64,000 nucleotides of DNA from Eledone cirrhosa (lineage: Eukaryota): the NCBI GenBank assembly GCA_964016885.1, contig OZ024740.1, positions 168,454,001 through 168,518,000 of the forward strand, written 5' to 3'. The first letter of the stretch is position 1. Each line of letters opens with the position of its first letter. The translations under genes were made by a program, and so were the position numbers. Of the stretch, positions 51,022-62,676 are shown piece by piece. The notes under the pieces were generated by a model. It searched no databases, was not told the origin of the DNA, and saw nothing but the letters and a program-made list of their open reading frames with translations.

Positions 51022-51599
51022 GTAAGTACAGTCCATGTTTTTCATTCTATATATACTCTTCCGTCGATGATTTCTAGCGTATACATTTGTTTACTTTATT
51101 TATGGCAACAAAGCATTACATATGAAGCTCGGAAACTAAAGCCTTCGATTTCAACGAAAAAAGAACAACAACGCCCCCAAAACATTGTTAATATTTAGAG
51201 ATATGGAAATAGTTTCATTAATATATCTGATACAAGATGCTTTCTCTGTTTTTCTTCTTCCTTTTCTGTAGCTAATTATAACTTAGCTTTGATGGACATT
51301 TAAGCACTGTGTCTAATATAATTGGTTACCCATATTTCTTGCTATTGTTATTATATGCCTATCTTTTATTGTGCAGGTACTGTCTGGGAGACAATTATTC
51401 GCTGTCTTTCGATTCATTATACGTATATCCAACATGTACACACAAAAACGGACGCGCACACACAGGAAGACATATACAGATACACATCAACACACGTAGA
51501 CATATCGTGTTTACATAGATGTGCACTCATCTGTGTGGGTTGTAATACATCTATGTGTGCATAAATATGTTATAAATACACATGCACACCTCTATAATA

Positions 51600-52011
51600 T
51601 ATTATGTAATATATATATATATATATATATACATTTTATATATATATATTTATATATATATATATATATACATTTTATATATATATATTTATATATATAT
51701 ATATACATACATTTATATATATATATTTATATATATATATATATATACACATACATTTATATATATATATATACACATACATTTATATATATATATATAT
51801 GCACATAGATTTATATATATATATATGCACATAGATTTATATATATATATATACACATACATTTATATATTTATATATACTTGTATATATATGTATTGTA
51901 TGTATATATATATGTATTCTATATATATATATGTATTGTATGTATATATGTATTGTATATATATATATGTATTGTATTGTATGTATATATGTATTGTATA
52001 TATATATATGT

Positions 52012-52076
<65 letters not shown>

Positions 52077-52135
52077 ACACATATACATTTATGTATATAT
52101 ATATTTATATATACTTGTATATATATATATGTGTC
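51600..52135. repeat. (AT)n-based compound microsatellite
   Basis: Seen directly; explains the spurious IYIY ORFs. Confidence 0.95.
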
Positions 52136-52497
52136 TGTTGTGTGTGTATGCTAGAACATGGTGTATATTATAAGGTATAAAGTAAAGTTAATGGAGATAT
52201 AATTACGATTTTGGAACTAGAAGCTTTCACAGTGTAAAGAATGAACTGTAAACACTTCCCATTATTACCCTGTAAATAGAAAAATCAGAGAATACATTTG
52301 TGCATTTCGGTCATTCTTTGCCTCCTTGTCTCAGAATGATGGTTTTGTACACAGGGGTATCTTGTGTTCTAGCATAAATATTTATTAATTACATTGCCGA
52401 ATGTATGCACGCCATACAAATCAGGCTGGCCATTTTAGCTATAATATTTAACATTACTATCGCAAGATTCTTCTGTACACAAAATCATAGTTGTGTC

Positions 52498-52542
52498 TAT
52501 CTGCTGATGAAGAGACAAGAATCTCCGAAATGCATAAAGGTA
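52498..52542 (+). ncRNA. Minimal hammerhead ribozyme (separate family)
   Basis: tatctg-CTGATGA-agaga caagaa tctcc-GAA-ATGCAT-A-aaggta, with palindromic stem III. Confidence 0.6.
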
Positions 52543-52829
52543 ATATCTTGTGTTTCTCTGTGTAGAGAGGAATAAAGGAAAGTGTTTGCACCTCATTCTT
52601 TTCACAGCGAAGTTTTCTATTTAAAAAATGTCACCATATCCATTAAATTTATCTTAAATATTCGTGTGTATGTGTGTTGTGTGTGCTTGTGTATACATAT
52701 GTATAACTATATATATGTGTGTGTGTGTGTATATATATATATAAACACACTCACATATGTATTTAAACTTATGTCATCATCATTATGACTTTATTTTGCT
52801 TATGAAAATTTATAAAGGGGTCTGCCATG

Positions 52830-53400
52830 TCTAATGCAATCTTGCTTGTAGCTGACACAACCAATATAGTACAAATACACTTGACCTTAGCAGCTGCAAG
52901 GAGTATTCTGTTCTGGGATTGGTATTATTGTGCCACTCGTCTTCCCCTGACTCTTCTTGTCTTCAACATCAGTGCTGCGAGCATTCTCAAAGGAGGAAAT
53001 AAACTGGTGGATAGTGTGTCACCAGTAGGCAATGTGACATGCTGGAAGGGATTTCTTCAGAGAATTCTTGTACCTTTTTCTTTGGTGCCCCTCTGTTGTA
53101 GTGGCCAATGGAGTTTGCTGTACAGCTCAATATTAGGCAGGTGATGATTCACAATCTGGGAAACATACCATACCCAGTGCAGCTGTATCTTTAACAACAT
53201 GGCCTTGATTCTGATGACCTCTGCCTGTTCAAAAACTTCAATGAGTGACAAAGTAACACCAGCAGATGTTTATTAGAGTGTAAAGGCAGCACTGGAGGAA
53301 GTGCTCAAGGAGTTGTTGCTGATTGTGGTTCGTAATCCATGTCTCGGAGTCATACAGAAAGGTGGTTAATACAATGGCTCTACATATCAAGATTCCTGAG
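52830..53400 (-). mobile_element. Degenerate RTE-BovB-like fragment
   Basis: LLYDSETW, LEHFLQC and LLKIQLHW..V......LP...LYS.L motifs. Confidence 0.6.
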
Positions 53401-53653
53401 GATATGTAGAGCGATGAACAAACACCTTATATGCATCGTGGTATTGCCCACTGCTCTATATTGAAACATATGTAGAATAAAGATATGTTTTAAGAATACC
53501 TTGGTTCTTTTTTCTATTAATAATTTATGAGCTCTACAGCCCGTATCCTAACAGTCTACAACAGAAAGTCCTTAGCCGATTACTGTAATAGAATCAAGCT
53601 TCTCCCATCTTTACCAGGATCTGTATTGGAATACCCCAATATCACCATAAATA

Positions 53654-53720
<67 letters not shown>

Positions 53721-53723
<3 letters not shown>

Positions 53724-53773
53724 GACGAGAATGCGAGCACTCCTCTTTGTTTCGTCCGCGGATGGCTAACATA
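53721..53773 (+). ncRNA. Candidate HDV-like self-cleaving ribozyme at RTE 5' end
   Basis: P1 GTGGACG/CGTCCGC followed directly by GG, a TCCTC loop and GCTAA J4/2. P2 and P3 are weak. Confidence 0.45.
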
Positions 53774-56700
53774 ACCCTATCTCCTCCCGCCCCCCACCAC
53801 CCCCACCCTCCAAACGCAACCCAAAACTTCAGAGTTGGTACCATAAATGTAGGCACCCTAAAGGGTCGCGCTAACGAGGTTGTAGAAATGCTTGAACGTA
53901 AGGAGGTCGATGTTTGTTGTATTCAAGAGACCAGGTGGAGGGGTGGGTCTGCTAGATTCATTGAGGGTAAAAAACGATGTTATAAGCTTTTCTGGGTGGG
54001 AAACGACGATGGGCTGGGTGGAGTAGGAATCATGGTAGCAGAAAAGTGGGCAGATAAGATAATAGACGTAAATAGAGTGAACGACAGAATAATTAAAATA
54101 AGACTTGTCCTCAATAGAACTACGGTGACAGTAATATCTGCGTACGCACCCCAATCCGGACTGCCCGGCACTATAAAAGACAGATTCTATGAGACACTGT
54201 TGCTAACTACCTCCCAAATATCTGACAGTGACTATATAATTATTGCAGGCGACCTAAATGGTCACGTTGGACAACATTGTGACGGCTACGACGAAATCCA
54301 TGGAGGCTATGGGTTTGGTACTAGAAATGAGGAAGGCTCCAGAATCCTGGAATACTGTGATGCAAATAACCTAACTATCTGTAACACTAACTTCAAAAAA
54401 CGTGACAATCACCTGATTACCTATAGATCCGGGGAACACACAAGCCAGGTAGATTATATCCTTACCAGAAGACGTGACAGAGTGTCTGTTGTAAACACTA
54501 AATCCCTCCCCCATGAAGAATGCACCTCCCAACATAGACTGATAATTAGCGACCTCATAGTCAGGACGAGACGTACCCGACAGCAGAAGAGGACTATCCT
54601 CAGGAGGAAAATATGGAAACTAAAGGACCCCACAGCCAGAAATAAATTTCAAAGCATATTACTTGATGCTTTCGACAGTAAGGAAGAGCATCTAGAATCG
54701 GACAATATAGAGGGACAGTGGAAATTTCTGAAAGCAAACCTGCTGTTGGCGACAGACGAAGTCTGTGGCTGGAGCAGGCCTGTAGGCAGGAGGAGAGTAA
54801 CATGGTGGTGGAACAGTAGGGTGGAGGGGTCAATTAAGGCCAAAAAGCAGGCTTGGAAAGTATGGCGGGATGGGGGAAGTAGAGTAGACTATCAAGTGGC
54901 CAGGAGGGAAGCTAGGAGAGAAGTGTACTTAGCAAGAAGGGAAGCTGAGGAAAGAAAGTTCAAGCATGTTCTACAACGCGATGACCAAAAACGTGAGGTG
55001 TTCAGGATTGCCAGGCAATGCGTCAAGGAAAACCGTGATATTGTCGGGGAGAAGTGTGTACTTAACGATGATGGCATACTTGCCATCACCGACACTGATA
55101 AGAAGGTAGCTTGGAAGTGTCACTATGAAAGGCTACTAAATGAGGAGAATAAATGGGAGAAAGACAGTCTCCCCCATATCGACCCGATAGAGGGACCAGC
55201 AGTGTTAGTCGAGGGGAGTATAATAAGTAAGGCAATCAAGGATATGAAGACTGGTAAGGCGGCTGGGCCTTCGGAAATAGTTGCTGAGATGCTGAAGGCA
55301 TCTGGCACGGTGGGACACACCATGGTCACCCGCATAGTTAACCAAGTCGTACAGAATGGGGTTGTTCCGAAGGACTGGCATAGCAGCATCATCGTTAACT
55401 GTTATAAGGGTAAAGGAGACGCCCTAGATAGGAGTAACTATAGAGGCATTAAATTAATCGACCAGGTCATGAAGGTCACGGAAAAAGTAATAGCGCAACT
55501 AATCAGAGAGAGAATTGATCTAGATGAAATGCAGTTCGGGTTTGTGTCAGGCAAAAGCACCACAGACGCTCTTTTCATAGTACGTCAACTACAGGAGAAG
55601 TACCTAGCTAAAGGTAAACCCCTCTACTTAGCTTTTGTCGACCTGGAGAAAGCCTTCGACAGAGTCCCCCGCTCCATTATCTGGTGGGCTCTTAGAAAAC
55701 TAGGCGTTGACGAATGGCTTGTGAGGGCTATACAAGCCATGTATAAAGAAACAGTCAGCAAGGTTAGAATTAACAACGAATATAGTGAAGAGTTTAGCGT
55801 AAAAGTTGGCGTCCATCAGGGCTCTGTTCTCAGCCCCCTACTATTTATTATTGCCCTTCAGGCTATAACAGAGGAGTTCAAGACAGGCTGCCCATGGGAA
55901 CTCCTATACGCAGACGACCTGACACTCATAGCGGAATCAATGGCCGAGCTAGAGAAGAAATTCCAAACATGGAAGCACGGCCTAGAGTCAAAAGGACTTA
56001 AAATTAACCTGGCTAAGACCAAAGTTCTAGTTTGTAGGAAAGAAAACAAGGCGGCGGTCCCTTCTGGGAAATGGTCGTGCTCGGTATGTAGGAAAGGCGT
56101 AGGTAGAAACTCCATCTTATGTCCTAAATGCAAAGTATGGGTGCATAAAAGATGTAGTGGGATCACAGGTAAGCTAACTAAGAACATAGACTTTACATGT
56201 GGCCGGTGTTCTGGTGCAATAAGTAGCAGCAAGTGCCCACAAAATACTAGCTCTTTCAATTGCGCAGAGGGTTCTATAGAAGTAGTGGACAGCTTCCGTT
56301 ACCTGGGCGATAAAATCAGCAGTGGGGGAGGGTGCTCTGAAAGTACTGTAGCTAGAGTCAGAACTGGTTGGAAAAAGTTCAGAGAGCTTATACCACTATT
56401 AGCTGCTAAAGGGTTCTCCCTAAAAATGAAAGGCAGGTTGTACGATGCCTGCATACGAACAGCAATGTTGCATGGTAGTGAGACCTGGGCATTGTGTGCA
56501 GAGGATATACGCAGACTAGAGAGGAACGAAGCTTGCATGCTCCGCTGGATGTGTAACAGTAATATACGTGAACGGCAAAGCATAAACGAACTAAGGAAAA
56601 AATTAGAGATAAGAGGGATCAGATGTTGTTTACTCGAGAGAAGGCTGCGTTGGTATGGACACGTGATGCGCATGAAAGTCGATAGCTGTATTACAAAGTG

Positions 56701-56875
56701 CAGGGCAATAAAGATAGACGGTAGCCACGGAATAGGCAGACCTAGAAAAACATGGGATGAGCTGATAAACTCCGACCTCACACACTTACACCTCTCCAAG
56801 ACAATGTCACTGGACCGTGACCTTTGGCGGTACTCAGTAACAGAGAAGACCCGCCTTGCCAGTAGGCATCTCTAA
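53762..56875 (+). CDS. RTE polyprotein: APE endonuclease, reverse transcriptase and PHD-type zinc finger (1037 aa from first element ATG)
   Basis: APE: [30 protein letters not shown]: [30 protein letters not shown]: [20 protein letters not shown]. The track start at 53657 lies in microsatellite. Confidence 0.95.
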   Translation: MANITLSPPAPHHPHPPNATQNFRVGTINVGTLKGRANEVVEMLERKEVDVCCIQETRWRGGSARFIEGKKRCYKLFWVGNDDGLGGVGIMVAEKWADKIIDVNRVNDRIIKIRLVLNRTTVTVISAYAPQSGLPGTIKDRFYETLLLTTSQISDSDYIIIAGDLNGHVGQHCDGYDEIHGGYGFGTRNEEGSRILEYCDANNLTICNTNFKKRDNHLITYRSGEHTSQVDYILTRRRDRVSVVNTKSLPHEECTSQHRLIISDLIVRTRRTRQQKRTILRRKIWKLKDPTARNKFQSILLDAFDSKEEHLESDNIEGQWKFLKANLLLATDEVCGWSRPVGRRRVTWWWNSRVEGSIKAKKQAWKVWRDGGSRVDYQVARREARREVYLARREAEERKFKHVLQRDDQKREVFRIARQCVKENRDIVGEKCVLNDDGILAITDTDKKVAWKCHYERLLNEENKWEKDSLPHIDPIEGPAVLVEGSIISKAIKDMKTGKAAGPSEIVAEMLKASGTVGHTMVTRIVNQVVQNGVVPKDWHSSIIVNCYKGKGDALDRSNYRGIKLIDQVMKVTEKVIAQLIRERIDLDEMQFGFVSGKSTTDALFIVRQLQEKYLAKGKPLYLAFVDLEKAFDRVPRSIIWWALRKLGVDEWLVRAIQAMYKETVSKVRINNEYSEEFSVKVGVHQGSVLSPLLFIIALQAITEEFKTGCPWELLYADDLTLIAESMAELEKKFQTWKHGLESKGLKINLAKTKVLVCRKENKAAVPSGKWSCSVCRKGVGRNSILCPKCKVWVHKRCSGITGKLTKNIDFTCGRCSGAISSSKCPQNTSSFNCAEGSIEVVDSFRYLGDKISSGGGCSESTVARVRTGWKKFRELIPLLAAKGFSLKMKGRLYDACIRTAMLHGSETWALCAEDIRRLERNEACMLRWMCNSNIRERQSINELRKKLEIRGIRCCLLERRLRWYGHVMRMKVDSCITKCRAIKIDGSHGIGRPRKTWDELINSDLTHLHLSKTMSLDRDLWRYSVTEKTRLASRHL

Positions 56876-57209
56876 CAAACTACACCCCGGCCCGCCACCA
56901 CCCCCACCCCATCCACACCACCCCGTTCTATGTAAAGTTATGTTGGTGCCGCGCCATCCAGGCCGAAACAAATGAGATCGTGTAGGTGTCACGACAAAAA
57001 AACACACAGTCCACGCTGTAATGTGGCCGTGTAGGCAACACGGTATAAACCTCCCAGACCCACACTGTAAATGTGGTTGGTGTTAGGAAGGGCATCCAAC
57101 TGTAGAAAACCTGCCAGACAGTCCTATGCGAGCAAGACAATCACTCTTGCCTCAAGTGGGACTACCCCCGTCCAAACCCATGCAAGCGTGGAACACGGAC
57201 GTTAAACGT

Positions 57210-57240
<31 letters not shown>

Positions 57241-57328
57241 AACAACAAAGAACAAAGAGGGTGTGGTAAGATACCAGGTGGACCATAACGCACCAGAGTA
57301 CTCAATACTTAAGGTAGTAGAGTGGGTA

Positions 57329-57658
57329 ATATGAAAAGAATCAGGACCCCGGCGGCTGAGCTCTCTCCGTTTCGGCAGCTAGATGTGAACTAAGCCACCA
57401 GTATTAGAACGTTGCCATGAAGATAATAAACTATGAACACGTCATCCCAGATTACTGACCACTCCACAGACAAGAAAAACAACAAACTTTTAGGAATTTT
57501 TGCTTAGGTTTTTTTGCTTTGACTGAATGCCTATATATGGATTGTACCGCTTGATAAGTTCAGCTAGATTCCTGCTGTTCTAATACTGGTGGCTTAGTTC
57601 GGATCTAGCTGTCGAAATGACCAGAGCTCAGCCGTTGGGGTCCTGACTCTTTTCATAT
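57329..57658. repeat. Inverted repeat, about 82-bp arms (probable Penelope-type pLTR remnant)
   Basis: 57329-57410 versus 57577-57658. A related single arm is at 43550-43610. Confidence 0.8.
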
Positions 57659-57668
57659 ATATATATGA

Positions 57669-58082
57669 AGGCGCATGGCTTAGTGGTTAGAGCATTGGGC
57701 TTGCAATCGAAAGGTTGTGAGTTCAATTCTCGGACCGGGTGATGTGTTGTTTCATTGAGCAAGACACTTTATTTCATATTGCTCCAGTTTACTCAGCTGT
57801 AGAAATGAGATGATAGGACTGGGGTCCCTATCATTCCACTGCAAAGTGGTCGTGGAGGTGCCACGGCAAAAAAACACCCAGCCCACACTGTAAAGTGGCC
57901 ATGTAGGCACCACATTAAATGAGGTTGGTGTTAGGAAGGGCATCCAGCTGTAGAAATCAAGCCAGAATCAGTTCCCGTATGAGCAAGACAAGGTCCCGAC
58001 CGGACACTGCCCACAACAGGACAACCCGTCTAACCCATGCTAGCATGGGAGAACGGACATAAAACGGTGATGGTGATGATGG
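57669..58082 (+). mobile_element. tRNA-head SINE with RTE tail
   Basis: TGGCTTAGTGG / GAGTTCAATTC boxes, ttgagcaagacactt core, RTE 3' UTR, GAT tail. Confidence 0.82.
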
Positions 58083-58864
58083 TATATATATTTATTAAAA
58101 TAACATTAAAGTTTAAGCAAAGAATCGCTGCTTTCACCCTTAACAGGATTTTCACATTTATTATTATTACTATATATGTGTGTGTATGTGTGTCTGTGTG
58201 TGCTTTATATCTTTAGATAAGACAGTTACTTATAATTTAGGCAAAACTTGTAAAACTGCCTTACCTAATGATATAAGATTGAACTACTTGATTCTATGCT
58301 TTGTATGAGTTCTATATTAGATAGTTATTCAACAATGTAACAGCTTTTCTTTTATACATGTGTTGAACATGGTTGTTTCAAATGAACTGTAGAGGCCTCA
58401 TGAGAAAATGTAAGATTCAGTTATAGAAATTGAAACTGGAAAGTAGTAGTGTCTTCAATAACAAGACACGAACACTAATATGTGTACTCAATTCCATAGT
58501 AAGGATTAATAGTTTATTAAGGTTGAGCCAGTAGCCTGTTACTCTAGTGTTTCATCTATAATATAGGTAAAAGAGGCCATTGACTTAACCTTAAGGGATT
58601 TTCCCTTTCAGATAGACGCGTTCCATCATGACCTTCTCAAAAAAAGTATATCATACACAAAAGGCCAGTATCAACAGTTTTCCAAGAGATGGCAACATGA
58701 ATGGACCTGTTATTTTTCTTTAAATTTTTTTTTCCATTTACGCCCTGCCTGTCTTTTCATTCTTTCTATTTCTTCTTTAATTTCTGATTTTATCTTCTGA
58801 TAAAGGACTACCATCTGAAAGGTTAAGACTCTTTCTATCACTAACCACTATACCAAGAATAAGG

Positions 58865-58966
<102 letters not shown>

Positions 58967-59059
58967 AAAGAGTTTACTACCCCAAGTAACGAGTACTCTG
59001 TTGAGTAATAGTCTAACCAGTTTCTAATTGTATCCATCCTGATTTATATATATATGTGA

Positions 59060-59258
59060 CGGCGCGTGGCTGAGTGGTAAGAGAATTGGATTCACAACCG
59101 CCGTGAGGTTGTAAGTTCGATTCCTGGACCGAGTGATGTGTTATGTCCTTGAGCAAGACACTTTATTTCACGTTGTTCCTTCTACCTGGAATTGCGACCG
59201 ATAGAAAGTAATAGCAATTGGAAAGACCAAGCAGATGTAAAATGATGATGATGATGAT
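59060..59258 (+). mobile_element. tRNA-derived SINE
   Basis: TGGCTGAGTGG / GTTCGATTCC boxes, ttgagcaagacactt core, GAT tail. Confidence 0.75.
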
Positions 59259-59732
59259 ATGTATATATATATATATACTTATATATATATCATCATCATC
59301 ATCACCGTTTTACGCCCACTGTTCATATACACGTATATATATGTGTGTGTATGTATATATATATATATATACATGTATATTCATGTGTCTGTGTATATAT
59401 ATATACATATATATATATAGGTTTGGGGTACAAAGAAAAACTTGGTGTAATCAACACATACACAATGATACATGCATCGACCTGGTAGTGTCATCAGATA
59501 CTCTGAACACTGCTTTCAGACAACTAACAACTCTGTGGCAGCAGACAATACAGTGCAATTTGTTAACTGAACGGTTTGAACATTTCGCATCACAGTAGTG
59601 TCTATAGCACCTCATGTTCTTAAAATACTAGTTCACTAGCATTTCCATTTCAAATTTCATTTATTTACTGATCACCTCAGAAAGATGGTCATAAAACCAT
59701 TTGGTAATATAAAAATAAACAGGCACACACTT

Positions 59733-60015
59733 ATCATCATCATTGTTTTGAAGTCCATTTTCCACACTAGCATGGGTAAGATGTGCTGTCCCATTGTGAG
59801 ACATCCAGGTTGGAGGACCGTATTTTGCTTACATAGAACTGATTTTGGCTTGGGTTCTACGGCTGGATGCCCTTCCTAATGCCAACCACATTTACATTGT
59901 ACACTGGGTGCTTTTTCTCGTGATACCTACACGACCACTTTACAGTGTGCACTGGGCACTTTTTATCGTGACTCCTACACCAGTGTGGGCTGGGTGCTTT
60001 TATCAGGACACCTAC
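59733..60015 (-). mobile_element. Older RTE 3' UTR fragment
   Basis: ggatgcccttcctaatgccaacc motif and ATC tail. Confidence 0.7.
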
Positions 60016-60033
60016 TTATATACACACACACAC

Positions 60034-60728
60034 ATCATCATCATCATCATCATCATCAACGTTTAACGTCAGTGTTCCACACTTGCATGGGTTTGGACGG
60101 GGGTTTTCCCACTTGAGGCAAGAGTGATTGTCTTGCTCGCATAGGACTGTCTGGCGGGTTTTCTACAGCTGGATGCCCTTCCTAACACCAACCACATTTA
60201 CAGTGTGGGGCTGGGAGGTTTTTACCGTGTTGCCTACACGGCCACATTACAGCATGGACTGTGTGTTTTTTGTCGTGACACCTACACGATCTCATTTGTT
60301 TCGGCCTGGATGTTGTGGCACCAACATAACTTTACATTGAAAGGGGCGGTGTGGATGGGGTGGGGGTGGTGGGACGGGGGTGTGTTTTGTTAGAGATGCC
60401 TACTGACTAGTAGGTTTTACTTTGTATTTAGGTAAGGCGGGTCTTCTCTATTACTGAGTACCGCCAAAGGTCTCGGTCCAGTGACATTGTCTTGGAGAGG
60501 TGTAAGCGTGTGAGGTCAGAATTTATCATGTCGTCCTAGGTTTTTCTGGGTCTGCCTACTCCGTGGCTACCGTCTATCTTTATTGCCCTGCACTTTGTTA
60601 TACAGCTGTCGTCTTTCATGCGCATCACGTGACCATACCAACGTAGCCTTCTCTCGAGTAAACAACATCTGATCCCTCTTATTTCTAATTTTTTCCTTAG
60701 TTCGTTTATGCTTAGCCGTTCACGTATA
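60034..60728 (-). mobile_element. Young 5'-truncated copy of the intact RTE, inverted
   Basis: [39 protein letters not shown], nearly identical to the 53762 ORF C-terminus. Small insertion at about 60406-60431. Confidence 0.92.
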
Positions 60729-61811
<1,083 letters not shown>

Positions 61812-62270
61812 TGTTAGGAAGGGCATCCAGCTGTAGAAATCAAGCCAAAATCAGTTCCCGTATGAGCAAGACAAGGTCACTCGATCTGGCATCGCCCACA
61901 ACAGGACGACCCCTCTAACCTATGTTAGCGTCGAAGAATGGACGTAAAACGGTGATGATGTTGATATACATATATATATAGTAGAATAATCAAGAATCGG
62001 AAAAACAGCCTACGAATTAACGATAAACAAATCCGATATGTGTGGCAGAGGGCTCAATAATTTAGATAAATCAGAGCTATAACTATCGTTAAATTACCAA
62101 CACATAGAGGTCATGCCTAAAATCACCCATACAAGCCGAAAAAGAACGACCAGGAAGATTTGGGTCACTCAAATAAAATATCAATAAATATCAATAAATT
62201 AAATGAATGTAAAAAACTTACCCGGACCCGCTAGAAGGATGTTAAATCTAGCTTCTTATATATATATATA

Positions 62271-62541
62271 ATAAAAAAACAAAAAATCAGTGGTGCATCT
62301 GGACTCAGTTTATTGCGTGTTACAATTGTTTCGCCGGCAGGTAGCTCAAGACATGAACACTGGATGGATCTGGCTGATTCTAAGGCTGCAGGTTCCTTCG
62401 GACACATGCAATTCTTTTGGAGCAAATTTTCTCCGAAAGAATTGCATGTGTCCGAAGGAACCTGCAGCTACCTGCAGGCGAAACAATTGTAACACGCAAC
62501 AAACTGAGTCCAGATGCACCACTGATTTTTCGTTTTTTTAT
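62271..62541. repeat. Palindrome with variant hammerhead on both arms
   Basis: Arms centred on ggagcaaattttctcc. The plus arm has tgtgt-CCGAAGGA-acctgcag..ctgcaggc-GAA-ACAATTGT-A-acacg at 62447-62496. Confidence 0.8.
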
Positions 62542-62625
62542 AATATTCACACTCTGCTCTGTAAGAATATTGAGTGCTAACTTTGGCATACCGCCTATAG
62601 AAGCACCATAGCTACCATTAAACAC

Positions 62626-62674
<49 letters not shown>

Positions 62675-62676
<2 letters not shown>

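Larger units (their letters stand above)
53721..57240 (+). mobile_element. Full-length intact RTE-clade LINE
   Basis: Uninterrupted ORF, 365-nt 3' UTR and (GAT)10 tail; begins sharply after an (AT)n tract. Confidence 0.95.

Noticed and set aside
51377-51422. Possible second exon after tgtgcag
   Set aside because: Weak donor, unrecognisable peptide, and it runs into simple repeats.
53657-53761. Track start of the 1072-aa ORF
   Set aside because: The start lies in the AT microsatellite outside the element; the first element ATG is 53762.
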